Shown: piece after piece, positions 46,710 through 57,974 of the stretch
How positions within the stretch are numbered: position 1 is the stretch's first letter
How the letters are laid out: the number at the start of each line of letters is the position of its first letter
Assembly: GCA_045577775.1 (NCBI GenBank)
Contig: JAZNIZ010000025.1
Location: forward strand, 28,353-92,352
DNA: 64,000 nt
Source of the DNA: Akkermansia sp.
GTDB taxonomy: Bacteria; Verrucomicrobiota; Verrucomicrobiia; Verrucomicrobiales; Akkermansiaceae
Direction of reading: 5' to 3'
Notes under the pieces: model-generated
Told to the model about the DNA's origin: nothing
What the model saw: the letters and a program-made list of their open reading frames with translations, nothing else
Databases searched by the model: none
Made by a program: the position numbers and the translations under genes

Positions 46710-47466
46710 ATTCCATGATGTTTCCCTTATATCGGGTCAGTAGTGCCTGCATGAACATTTCTGCAGGTTGGCCGGCGTCTGGGGAAAAGCCTCCGTAGGT
46801 CATGCCATCCAGCCGGATTTTTTTTCCCTTTACGGTGGCGTAGGCTATTCCCTTATACCCTTTACCCCATTGCCGCAAATCCAGGCAGGTGATATCGCTT
46901 ACCATGAATTGCTGGCCTGCGGCGGTTACGGTATCGCCCTCCAGTTGCATGGTGCGGCGGGCCGTGCGGCAGATGAAGTAGAGAATAAGGCAGCTGATGA
47001 GCATGCAGACCCCGCCGGCAATCCATTGTTCGCGAATGGCGGCTGTATCAAAAGCGTGTTCGGCTGGCTTTACCGGGTAGTGCATGCGGGCGGTGTAGGC
47101 AGTCCAGCAATCGGCCCAGCTTTTTTTCATGGCCTCAAAGTCTGTGGCTTCGGGCGGGGTGCTGGTGGCGGCGGCGCAGGAGGCGGGCAGGGGGTATTTG
47201 CCTTCCATCATCCACTCGCCTGCCACCTGTTCGGCTTTCAGTAACGGTTGCAGGGCGCGCTCAGCGCCCCATGGGACAGAGTTGCATGCCTCGCTGCCCA
47301 GGTTTGCAAACGCCTGGTAGGAAAAATATATCTCGTTTGCCTTGCGGTAGCCTATGGCCCCATCATAGAAAAAATACAGCCCGAAACCGAAAAAAGCCGC
47401 CAGAACAATCGCGAACCGCACAAATGTATCGCGGGTGGGGCGGCAGATTATGGAATTATTTGTCAT
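46681..47466 (-). CDS. Hypothetical membrane protein (two TM)
   Basis: Two TM segments; overlaps the start of the next gene; TGG-TAGAAT extended -10 lies 9 nt upstream. Confidence 0.7.
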   Translation of the reverse strand: MTNNSIICRPTRDTFVRFAIVLAAFFGFGLYFFYDGAIGYRKANEIYFSYQAFANLGSEACNSVPWGAERALQPLLKAEQVAGEWMMEGKYPLPASCAAATSTPPEATDFEAMKKSWADCWTAYTARMHYPVKPAEHAFDTAAIREQWIAGGVCMLISCLILYFICRTARRTMQLEGDTVTAAGQQFMVSDITCLDLRQWGKGYKGIAYATVKGKKIRLDGMTYGGFSPDAGQPAEMFMQALLTRYKGNIMEYEQKDTTGS

Positions 47467-47606
47467 CTGCGTGGGATTCTACCACAGCTTGGAGCTTCTG
47501 CATAGCTAAAAATGCGGGCGTGCGCGTATGCTGACGCGCTACGTGCGCGCGGGCGTGACGAAATAAAGGCTTGCTTTCGGGGCAGCTTCCTGCTAGGCTT
47601 CGGTAC

Positions 47607-48887
47607 ATGAAAACGCTGCTCCGGGTATTGATTCTGACCATGAGTATGGTGGTTTATGCCCAGGAGTATGAACCCTTGCCCATGACTCTGGACCCTCTGG
47701 AGCTGGATGAAATGGAGGGAACCGATGCGCTGACCACCCCCCGCCCGCTGGAAGATGAGACGGAGGATATTACCGAGCAGTGGTCGCCAGCTGAGGTGCT
47801 GGATGTGCCGCGCGACCAGACCCGCGTGGCGGTGCTGGGGTATCACAATTTCAGTAAAACGGCGCCGGTTTCGCGCATGATGATGCGCACGGCGGAGTTT
47901 CGCGCGCAGATGGAATTCCTGAAACGCGCCGGTATCACGGTTATCAGCATGCAGGAGTTTTTGGAATGGCGCCTGGGAACGCGCACCCTGCCTGCCCGCT
48001 GCGTGCTTATCACGCTGGACGATGGCTGGAAGAGCGTCTATACCGAGGCGTATCCCATTCTCAAGGAGTTTGGCTACCCGTTTACCTTGTTTCTGTATAC
48101 GCAGTTTCTGAATGGCCGGGGGGATAGTCTTACCCCCGAGCAGGTGCGTGAAATGCAGGCCAATGGTGCCACTGTGGGCAGCCATTCGGTGAGCCACCTG
48201 TATCCGAGCGATTGGAAAGCCTGCGCCAGGAAGGGGGCTGAGGAATACGCAAAACTGGTAGACAAGGAATTCGGTGAATCGCAGAAGAAGCTCAGCAGTT
48301 TGTTTGGCCCGGTCAATACCTTCTGTTTCCCCGGCGGGTATCATACCCCGGGTATGGTGGAGCGCATGGCAAATTATGGCTACGTGGCGGCTTTTACCGT
48401 GGTGCCGGGTAAGGTGACTGTCACCGAGGTGCCGCTGTCCATTCCTCGTTACATGATATTTGGCGATGATGCCTCGGTGTTTCTCTCGGCTGTAGATTTC
48501 CGTGTGGCTCAGCTGGGCACAGTGGTGAGCACGGGGTCCCGCCCCGGCACGCTGCCAGCCAAGACTCCACCGCCCCCCTTTGCCGTATCTCCCCAGCCAT
48601 ATGAAACCGTGGCGCCGGATATTCAGGCCATCACGGCATATATGAGCGGTGTGGCTGGTGTTGATTTTTCAACCGTTCAGATGCGTGTGAGCGGCTTTGG
48701 TCGGGTGCCGGCCAAGGTGGATGAAGCTACACGCGCTGTGCAGTGGGTGCTGCCCTGCCGCATCTACATGCCGAACCTCTCCGTGCACGTTACCTGGAAG
48801 AGTACCGATGGCACCAGCCACAAGGCTGAGTGGTCCTTCAGTATTGATCCGACCGCGCCGATTAAAACAGTAAACAGCATACCATAA
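47607..48887 (+). CDS. Polysaccharide deacetylase (NodB-homology, CE4), secreted
   Basis: LGYH, ITLDDG, HSVSH and FPGG; start moved to ATG 47607, downstream of TTGCTT-17-TAGGCT. Confidence 0.9.
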   Translation: MKTLLRVLILTMSMVVYAQEYEPLPMTLDPLELDEMEGTDALTTPRPLEDETEDITEQWSPAEVLDVPRDQTRVAVLGYHNFSKTAPVSRMMMRTAEFRAQMEFLKRAGITVISMQEFLEWRLGTRTLPARCVLITLDDGWKSVYTEAYPILKEFGYPFTLFLYTQFLNGRGDSLTPEQVREMQANGATVGSHSVSHLYPSDWKACARKGAEEYAKLVDKEFGESQKKLSSLFGPVNTFCFPGGYHTPGMVERMANYGYVAAFTVVPGKVTVTEVPLSIPRYMIFGDDASVFLSAVDFRVAQLGTVVSTGSRPGTLPAKTPPPPFAVSPQPYETVAPDIQAITAYMSGVAGVDFSTVQMRVSGFGRVPAKVDEATRAVQWVLPCRIYMPNLSVHVTWKSTDGTSHKAEWSFSIDPTAPIKTVNSIP

Positions 48888-48891
48888 TCCC

Positions 48892-49704
48892 ATGGCTCCT
48901 GAAGAAAACATACAGACCGAAGCTGAGGTGAAGCCCGCCGCTCCCAAAAAGACGCGCGCCCCGCGCAAGAAGGCGGTTGCCACCCAGGCCAGCGGAGATG
49001 CCGGCGCTCCCGCCGCCTCTGCCGAAGCCGCAGCTCCCGCCCCCAAGAAGACGCGTGCCCCGCGCAAGAAAACCACCAAGCCTGCCGCGGAAACTTCGGC
49101 CCCTGCCGAGAAAGCCGTTGAAGCTCCCGCTCCCGTAGTGGAAAAACCGGCAGAAGCTCCTGCCGCCGAGCAGCAGCCCCGCAGGGAACGGCACCGTGTC
49201 CGTCCCCAGAAAAATAAGCAGCAGAACAAGCCTGCTGAGACTCCGGCACAGGTGGAGAAACCTGTAGAAAAACCTGCCGAGACCCCCGCCGAGCGCCCCT
49301 TCGACATCGAGAACCCGGATGCCTCGCCGCAGCTGCCCCCGGCTCCCGGCTTTGCTGCCCCTGAAACGGTGGGTGGTGGCGAAGGTGGCAACGGTGGTGG
49401 CCGCCGCAAGCGCCGCCGCAACCGCAACCGCAACCGCGACAACGCCCAGCAACAGCAGCCGCCGCAGGCTACTCCGCAGGTGGATAAGGAGGAACTGGTG
49501 CGCCGCGCCTGGAAGATTTTCCTGGGTGAGGTGACCGAGGAAGGCCTGGCGCTCATGGATGACCGCACCGCCGCCGAGGCTTCCCGCCGTGCATTCCGCG
49601 TGGCTGAGCTCTTCCTCATCGAGGCTGCCCGTCACCGTCCTTCCACTGCCGTGGCAGAGGAATCGGAGACGGAAGAGCCGTCCGAAGAACCCGAACAGGA
49701 GTAA
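48892..49704 (+). CDS. Low-complexity Ala/Pro/Glu/Lys protein with an Arg-rich patch and a small helical C-terminal domain
   Basis: KKTRAPRKK twice; GGGRRKRRRNRNRNR; codon usage resembles the ribosomal genes. Confidence 0.8.
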   Translation: MAPEENIQTEAEVKPAAPKKTRAPRKKAVATQASGDAGAPAASAEAAAPAPKKTRAPRKKTTKPAAETSAPAEKAVEAPAPVVEKPAEAPAAEQQPRRERHRVRPQKNKQQNKPAETPAQVEKPVEKPAETPAERPFDIENPDASPQLPPAPGFAAPETVGGGEGGNGGGRRKRRRNRNRNRDNAQQQQPPQATPQVDKEELVRRAWKIFLGEVTEEGLALMDDRTAAEASRRAFRVAELFLIEAARHRPSTAVAEESETEEPSEEPEQE

Positions 49705-49770
49705 AAGAAGTTCCCGAAAAGAGAAAAAGAAGCCACCCGCGTTGCGTTTGCTGCGCGGGTGGTCTTGCAT

Positions 49771-50268
49771 TTATTGCCCTAGCTGCGCTCGCAGCCTGGC
49801 CCATTGTTCCTGCTGTTCTACTAATTCAGGCGGATTGGCGATGAGCTCTTCCGCATAGCCATAGAACCGGGCACGCTCGGCAAAGTATTCCCGGCATACT
49901 TCCGAGTTGTAAAAATCCACCCAGAACGAGAGCATGCGGCGCATGGCGGCAAGACCCTCCGGCGTTTCTTTCTCCTCCCAGATGATGCGGCGGCAGGTGA
50001 TGATGCAGTGCGTCCACTCGGCAATGTCATCAAGTTCTTCAACATCGCATTCTGTTGCGGTTCTCTTGCAGAATTCCTCCCATGCCGGTGCATAGTAGGC
50101 AAAGGCCACCGGTCCCATGTTCGCTAGATCTTCCTGTAGTGATATATAATCTCCGGGGAGTCTGGCCAGAATTTCTTCCCGGGTCTTACCGTAGAAGTTC
50201 TTAACGGCACTTCTTTCATCCAGCGAGTCATAGACGTTGATATCCTCTTTTCGGGGCAGGGTGCTCAT
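49771..50268 (-). CDS. Hypothetical protein, paralogue of 50886-51290
   Basis: LPRKEDIN...FYGKTREE...EDLANM...AFAYYAPAWE. Confidence 0.75.
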   Translation of the reverse strand: MSTLPRKEDINVYDSLDERSAVKNFYGKTREEILARLPGDYISLQEDLANMGPVAFAYYAPAWEEFCKRTATECDVEELDDIAEWTHCIITCRRIIWEEKETPEGLAAMRRMLSFWVDFYNSEVCREYFAERARFYGYAEELIANPPELVEQQEQWARLRAQLGQ

Positions 50269-50288
50269 TGTTGTGTTTGTTGTTGTGA

Positions 50289-50331
50289 AATTCCCGCGAA
50301 TCGGGAATCGTATTCCCGATTCGCGGGAATT
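50289..50331. repeat. Perfect 20-bp inverted repeat with a 3-nt loop
   Basis: AATTCCCGCGAATCGGGAAT-CGT-ATTCCCGATTCGCGGGAATT; an extra AATCGGGAAT at 50354-50363. Confidence 0.95.
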
Positions 50332-50382
50332 AAGCGTTCTAAAAATTGCCTGAAATCGGGAATATGTGGATTTTTATTGAGT

Positions 50383-50871
50383 TCACCGATGTCGCCGGCT
50401 TTTTCTGAGGGTGAGGCTGCTGCTCTGTTTCTTTCTGCGGATAAGGTGCAGGAACCAGACAAGAGAGACCAGGAACAGAAGTCCGGGTAACAAGGTGCAG
50501 GCTGCGCCGAAAGTGGTCAATTCATGGCAGACGGCGGCATTCCACGGGTGCTGTTTGTCTACACAGACGGGAATATACCCCAGTTCGTCATGAATGCTGC
50601 GCAGCTGGCCCTTTGTCAGGAGCAGCCCGGCGCTGCGCAGTTCATGCTGTTCACCCTCATAGTCGAAGCTGACGCGGGGCCTTGAGCCCCAGCTTGCGCC
50701 GCTGTTGAGCGTTCCTCTGACGATGGCGTATTCCGTAGAATCACGGTTCAGCGTGATATAGGCGGCGTTGCCATTTACGAACGCAGCACCGCCGGAAAAG
50801 CACATAATCGCAACACTCATGGCAACCGAGCTGCTTTTTTCCTCTTTGTGTTGTTCTTTCCGTCTTTTCAT
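50383..50871 (-). CDS. Two-TM hypothetical protein (DUF3592-like)
   Basis: TM, beta domain (VSFDYEGEQH...IPVCVD..HPWNA), TM. Confidence 0.6.
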   Translation of the reverse strand: MKRRKEQHKEEKSSSVAMSVAIMCFSGGAAFVNGNAAYITLNRDSTEYAIVRGTLNSGASWGSRPRVSFDYEGEQHELRSAGLLLTKGQLRSIHDELGYIPVCVDKQHPWNAAVCHELTTFGAACTLLPGLLFLVSLVWFLHLIRRKKQSSSLTLRKSRRHR

Positions 50872-50885
50872 AGGGAAACCCGGAG

Positions 50886-51290
50886 TTAGTTTTTCTCGTC
50901 CAGCCAGGCACGGAGACAGTCATCGCCATGGTGATATTTTTCACAGAAGGAGAGCATGTTCCGCAGGATTTTGCGGCATTCCGGCGGGTCATTTTTCCAC
51001 CAGCCGTAGCGCCAGACGATGATGCAGCGGGTGTAACCGGTAAACTCGTGTGTGAATTCCGGATCGGCGGCTTCGAAATCGTAGCAATCGAGCATCTTTT
51101 CCCAGGCCTGGCCATAGTAGGCAAAGCCGGCAGAGCTCATCCACCCGAGGTGTTCGCTGTAATGGGCAAAATTCTCCAGCAGGAGTTCCATCGCCTCCTC
51201 CTGCGTCTTGCCGTAGAAGGTATCCAGCGCGCTCTGCTCATACACGCTGTTGCGCGAGTTTATATCTTTCCTGCCGGGGAGTTGTTGCAT
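50886..51290 (-). CDS. Hypothetical protein, paralogue of 49771-50268
   Basis: Start at ATG 51290; LPGRKDIN...FYGKTQEE...EHLGWM...GFAYYGQAWE. Confidence 0.75.
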   Translation of the reverse strand: MQQLPGRKDINSRNSVYEQSALDTFYGKTQEEAMELLLENFAHYSEHLGWMSSAGFAYYGQAWEKMLDCYDFEAADPEFTHEFTGYTRCIIVWRYGWWKNDPPECRKILRNMLSFCEKYHHGDDCLRAWLDEKN

Positions 51291-51298
51291 GGTGCTTA

Positions 51299-52288
51299 TC
51301 AGATGTGGTAGAGAAGTTGCGGTAGCTCCGCTATCCGCTCTTCTGTAAGTTGTTCTAATTCGCTGATGCCGCAATTCAGCAGATTTGACTGCAATTCCTC
51401 CCGGAACAATAAATGGAGTTCCCCCTGAAATGTTGCATCCGATAGTCTGGAGAGAGCGGGATTAGAGACAAGCTCCCATACACAGGAGAGACTTTCATAG
51501 ATGCTTAGCCAGTGAATGGGGCGGCAATCTGTGCATTTAAAGAATATTTTGAGCTTGTCTGCGTCGGAGAGTACGAAGACAGCGTTGCGACCGGAGGAAC
51601 TTACCTGGGTGACGATGTTGGATAATTGCAGTTCTTTAATGACATCGTTGATGGGATTCCGGGCGAAACCGCAATAGTTTACCAGTTGCTGAATACTTCG
51701 AGGGGATATCATGAGTTGGTGCATGATATCGCTCCGGGCCGATACTCCCGTCAATCCGCGCAGTCGCAGCTGCAACGAGGCCGTGTTGTCCGGTAATCTG
51801 CCGGTTACTTTGTTTTTTGCGATGTATCGGGGACGGATAAAACCATATTCCAATGCCAGCGGGGCTTTCTCGGGGCAATGAGAGATGGCTTCGCCATCGG
51901 AGGTAAGGAACATTGCCTGCAATCCTTCGTTTCCGGATTTGCCTTTTTTCGCCAGTTGGATCCACCTTTTGTCCCCTGCCTCTGTTTGCAGACTTGCCAG
52001 ATAGGCCAGCGATGACAAATCGCAATGGTGAAAGCCTCGTTGCAGCGCTTTGATGCGGGTCGGGTTCACTAGTTGACCGTATTTCAGCAACCAATCTGCT
52101 ACTGCATCAAACAGCCGCTGGTCATAGCGGCAGAACTTACTCGAGATAAGTATGAGGGATTCAGGGTCAATCGAATAATTATTTCTGACCGGGGCTGCGT
52201 GGCCCGCAACGCCAATGCTTACCCACTGGCGCCACAACAGGTGCAGGATTGACTCATACAAAGCGTTTTTATAATCGTTCGCAGACAT
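51299..52288 (-). CDS. Putative antitoxin/regulator partner of a DUF6036-type nucleotidyltransferase
   Basis: LLWRQWVSIGV, IDPESL, YDQRLFD...DWL; C-terminal HTH-like segment; overlaps the stop of the truncated nucleotidyltransferase. The family was recognised from memory. Confidence 0.6.
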   Translation of the reverse strand: MSANDYKNALYESILHLLWRQWVSIGVAGHAAPVRNNYSIDPESLILISSKFCRYDQRLFDAVADWLLKYGQLVNPTRIKALQRGFHHCDLSSLAYLASLQTEAGDKRWIQLAKKGKSGNEGLQAMFLTSDGEAISHCPEKAPLALEYGFIRPRYIAKNKVTGRLPDNTASLQLRLRGLTGVSARSDIMHQLMISPRSIQQLVNYCGFARNPINDVIKELQLSNIVTQVSSSGRNAVFVLSDADKLKIFFKCTDCRPIHWLSIYESLSCVWELVSNPALSRLSDATFQGELHLLFREELQSNLLNCGISELEQLTEERIAELPQLLYHI

Positions 52289-52554
52289 TGTTCCACCCAT
52301 TTTGTTTTAGCATTTCGGCAAGAATAAACCGGAACCCCTCTGAGATATCCTGTTCCATGCACCAGATAGCTGCAGCGTAGAGTTCTTCCTCGGTCGGGGC
52401 AAGAGCTTTCAAATCAGCAATGTGATACCCGCCTCTATCTGCCGATGCAAACGTCTTGAAAAATATCTGGTCAATTCTGCTGATATAGTATATCACCAGC
52501 CTTTCTCCAATTCGTATTCTATGCAGCCGGTGTAGTGATATCAAAAATCTTCAT
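52269..52554 (-). pseudogene. Truncated DUF6036-like (AbiEii-type) nucleotidyltransferase; only the C-terminus remains
   Basis: RLHRIRIG...YYISRIDQIFFK.FASADR..YHIADLKALAPTEEEL..AA.W..EQD.SEGF; no N-terminal catalytic domain; ATG 52554 opens an out-of-frame 11-codon ORF (MKIFDITTPAA). Confidence 0.65.
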
Positions 52555-52637
52555 GTCTGTATTTTGGTGACAATGTGACTGTATTTCGGATGCAAATTAA
52601 CTTTATTTCAGCTGTTTGTCAAGCTTTGAGTATAAAA

Positions 52638-52671
52638 AATCCCCCGCCTGCATGATTGCGGGCGGGGGATT
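52638..52671 (-). terminator. Terminator after leuS
   Basis: AATCCCCCGCC / GGCGGGGGATT stem with an A run on the + strand. Confidence 0.75.
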
Positions 52672-52683
52672 GAAAATAGTCTC

Positions 52684-55257
<2,574 letters not shown>

Positions 55258-55446
55258 GTCGCGCGCGAATATAGCGCACGCGTAGCACATAATCAAGCCT
55301 TTTGTCGCGGCGGTGACACGGAATGTCCGGGAAGCGGGGCAAAGCGGTGGACATGATGCAAAAAAATGAAAAACTTTTTCACGAAGACAAAAAAAGGGGT
55401 TGACGAAGTGCCGTGATGCTGGTATTGTTGGCGGCACACAGCATTT

Positions 55447-55536
55447 GGAGCGGTGGCTGAGAGGCTGAAAGCACCCGTTTGCTAAATGGACGTACTGCGT
55501 TAAACAGTACCGGGGGTTCGAATCCCCCCCGCTCCG
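55447..55536 (+). tRNA. tRNA-Ser(GCT)
   Basis: GGAGCGG / CCGCTCC acceptor stem, anticodon loop TT-GCT-AA, long variable arm, GGTTCGAATCC; no encoded CCA. Confidence 0.94.
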
Positions 55537-55585
55537 CTGAAGGCACCAGCACAACCATGTGTTGGTGCCTTTTTCTGTTTCCGAT

Positions 55586-56257
55586 ATGAAACTCACCCAG
55601 ACCAGAACACAGGATGAATTGGTGCAGCTTACCAACCGTGAGCTACGGCGCCGTCTGCTGGAAAGTACGCCGTTGAACCTGCCGGCGGCAATTCTGTATG
55701 CGCTTTGCTTTACGCTGATGCCCGGCGCTGTGCTGGGTGGTCGGCTGGGGATGGTGAGCACTGCGGTGCTGGCGGGTGTGGCCGCCTATTTCTGGTTGTG
55801 GGGCGAGCCCTCGGCGCTGGATTCGTTCTTGTGGTTCTGGCTGCTGTGGGCGCTGGTGGACTGGGTGGTTATCATGCTGCTGCGTCTGCTGGGTGGCGTG
55901 CGCGAATTCCGCCGGGGCAGGGCATTCTGGCAACCGGAGGAGGAAGCCGGGGCGGCTGATATGCAGCCGGGTGGATGCGTGGAATACGAGCTTGCCCAGG
56001 ACGAGGAACGCAGGCTGGAACTGGTGGTTCAGGCACCGGCAAAGGGGGTATATGTGCTTGAGGTCAGGGCGGATGATGTGGAATCTCACCTGAAAATTGG
56101 TTTCGATGGGGCTCCCTGCATGGAGGAATCGGAAAGCGTGCCCGGCCTGGTGAATGCGGCCTGTGCGGCGTATCGGCTGGAGCCTGGTTGCCATTGTCTT
56201 GAAGTGCTGCTCCAGGGACAGACCGCGGGGAAGGTGAGTATCCGCTTCCGGGGATGA
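55586..56257 (+). CDS. Membrane protein, paralogue of 56310-56999
   Basis: QDELVQL...LLESTPLNL, three TM segments, beta-rich C-terminus ending YRLEPG.H.L. Confidence 0.72.
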   Translation: MKLTQTRTQDELVQLTNRELRRRLLESTPLNLPAAILYALCFTLMPGAVLGGRLGMVSTAVLAGVAAYFWLWGEPSALDSFLWFWLLWALVDWVVIMLLRLLGGVREFRRGRAFWQPEEEAGAADMQPGGCVEYELAQDEERRLELVVQAPAKGVYVLEVRADDVESHLKIGFDGAPCMEESESVPGLVNAACAAYRLEPGCHCLEVLLQGQTAGKVSIRFRG

Positions 56258-56309
56258 CCTCGACAAAACGCGCTTGCGGGGCGGCAAGAATTGTGGTAAG
56301 CTCCTGCGC

Positions 56310-56999
56310 GTGAAGATAGATGCCACCACCACCCAGGAGCAATTGCTCAAACTCAGCGAACAAGTATTGCTGCGCGATTTGCTGCAGAGCACCCCGCTGA
56401 ATCTGAAGTTCTTTCTGCGCTACCTGATTCTGTTCCTCCTGTTTCCCGGCATGGTGTTCGGGTTCAAGGCGGGGCTGGGAATCACGCTTTGTTTCTGCGC
56501 GGCTCTGGTGGGTATCTTGTTCTGGGGGAGCGATGCGGCCTCGGCTCTGGCCATATACAGCTGGCTGGGTTGCGGGGTGCTGGTGCTGCTTCTGGTGACT
56601 ATAGGGGTGATTCGCAAGGCCTGGCAGGAGCGCGAGGTGCGCCGCCAGTACCGCCCGGCAAATCCCGGCTTGCGCCATGCCCAGCGTGCGCCGCAGAATT
56701 ACCCGCTGCGCTGGCACCAATCGAACACCGAGGGTTTTGTGGCTGCCCACCTGGTGCTGCAGGCGGCACAGCAGGGCGTCTATGCGGTGTTGATTACGCT
56801 GAAGAACTACGAGGGCGCCCAGCTGGTCACGCAGGGGCGCCAGGGAACCTCGCTGGTGTATGCCGGCGGCGGCAAGGGAAGCGATTTCAATGCCCTGGTG
56901 CTTTACCGCCTGGAGCCTGGCACGCATGAACTCATCTGGGCTATTCCGGCGGGAACTGCTCCGGAAACAAGGGTTTCCTTGCTGAATGCTAACAACTGA
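56310..56999 (+). CDS. Membrane protein, paralogue of 55586-56257
   Basis: GTG start downstream of TTGCGG-17-TAAGCT; QEQLLKL...LLQSTPLNL, TM segments, YRLEPG.H.L. Confidence 0.72.
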   Translation: MKIDATTTQEQLLKLSEQVLLRDLLQSTPLNLKFFLRYLILFLLFPGMVFGFKAGLGITLCFCAALVGILFWGSDAASALAIYSWLGCGVLVLLLVTIGVIRKAWQEREVRRQYRPANPGLRHAQRAPQNYPLRWHQSNTEGFVAAHLVLQAAQQGVYAVLITLKNYEGAQLVTQGRQGTSLVYAGGGKGSDFNALVLYRLEPGTHELIWAIPAGTAPETRVSLLNANN

Positions 57000-57013
57000 T
57001 ACATGGTACGAAG

Positions 57014-57388
57014 ATGATTGATTTTGAAAATGGCAGCGTGTTTAAATTGTCCCCGGTAGACCCTGAATCGGTGATGGGGAGGGTGGGGCCTCTCCTGCTG
57101 GACGATGAGTTTATTGTGGCAGCCTACAAGGCCATTCGCGATGGTGTGGTGTTTACCAATAAGCGCGTGATTGCCATGAATGTGCAGGGTATTACCGGCA
57201 AGAAGGTGGATTACACCTCGCTGCCGTACAGCAAGGTTCAGGCCTATTCCGTGGAAACGGCCGGCACGTTTGACCTGGATTGCGAGCTGGATTTGTTCTT
57301 CAGTGCGCTGGGGCATGTGCGCTTTGAGTTGCGTGGTGGGTGTGATATTCGCGCCCTCTGCCGGGCTATCAGTGAGTATATCTTGTAA
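57014..57388 (+). CDS. Bacterial PH-domain protein (bPH_1/DUF1696-like)
   Basis: RDGVVFTNKRVI..NVQG.TGKK....SLPYSK...YSVETAG.FDLD.EL. Confidence 0.88.
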   Translation: MIDFENGSVFKLSPVDPESVMGRVGPLLLDDEFIVAAYKAIRDGVVFTNKRVIAMNVQGITGKKVDYTSLPYSKVQAYSVETAGTFDLDCELDLFFSALGHVRFELRGGCDIRALCRAISEYIL

Positions 57389-57449
57389 ATGCAGAATGCA
57401 GAAGTCAGAATGCAGAATGGGAATTCAGGGCACGGCTCCCGCCGCGCCG
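57388..57449. repeat. Left arm of the long inverted repeat (heptamer units AATGCAG/AAGTCAG plus a unique GC-rich stem)
   Basis: AATGCAG AATGCAG AAGTCAG AATGCAG AATGGG AATTCAGGGCACGGCTCCCGCCGCGCCG. Confidence 0.92.
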
Positions 57450-57457
57450 TGGAAGGC

Positions 57458-57489
57458 GAAAAAGCCTGACCTTCGGATCAGACTTTTTC
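57458..57489 (+). terminator. Terminator-like hairpin inside the cassette, upstream of the four-helix gene
   Basis: GAAAAAG.CTGA..C-TTCG-G..TCAG.CTTTTTC with a UUCG tetraloop and U tract. Confidence 0.6.
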
Positions 57490-57497
57490 TTTGATTC

Positions 57498-57526
57498 TTG
57501 CATTGCATGACTCTATGATGTAGCAT
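57498..57526 (+). promoter_or_regulatory. Promoter for the four-helix gene (leaderless geometry)
   Basis: TTGCAT-17 nt-TAGCAT, then 6 nt to ATG 57533. Confidence 0.6.
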
Positions 57527-57532
57527 GACAGC

Positions 57533-57946
57533 ATGAAGGAAGTCGATTATCGTAAACGAGGAGGAGAATTGCGGCAGCGGACTTATGATTTCTCCCTACG
57601 AATCATCAACTTGTGGAAATCCCTACCCAAGGGGCCAGAATACGAAGTGATAGGCAAGCAATTACTGCGATGCGGAACCTCTATCGGAGCCAATTACCGA
57701 GCAGCCACCGTCGGCAAGAGCGACCGTGATTTCCTGAACAAAATCCGGATTTGTCAGGAAGAAGCCGATGAGAGTTGTTATTGGTTGGCACTTCTGGCAG
57801 ACTCCGGGATGATACCAGCGAAGAAGCTTGAATCCATACGTGACGAAGCAAACCAGATAACAGCCATCATGACCGCCTCAGCGATTACGATACATAAGCG
57901 ACTACTGGCAGAAGGGCGAGACCAGGGCATCCCAGAAAAGGACTGA
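57533..57946 (+). CDS. Four-helix-bundle protein (23S rRNA IVS protein / TIGR02436-like)
   Basis: RTYDFSLRII, KQLLRCGTSIGANY, DFLNK..I..EEADES.YWL. Confidence 0.92.
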   Translation: MKEVDYRKRGGELRQRTYDFSLRIINLWKSLPKGPEYEVIGKQLLRCGTSIGANYRAATVGKSDRDFLNKIRICQEEADESCYWLALLADSGMIPAKKLESIRDEANQITAIMTASAITIHKRLLAEGRDQGIPEKD

Positions 57947-57964
57947 TCCGCAGGTCAGTCCTTT
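57937..57964. terminator. Bidirectional terminator overlapping the four-helix gene stop
   Basis: AAAAGGACTGA / TCAGTCCTTTT. Confidence 0.7.
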
Positions 57965-57974
57965 TCCCCAATCC

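Noticed and set aside
55258-55761. 168-aa N-terminal extension of LeuS in the ORF track
   Set aside because: It overlaps tRNA-Ser and the promoters. A promoter sits 10 nt upstream of ATG 55257, where LeuS homology begins.
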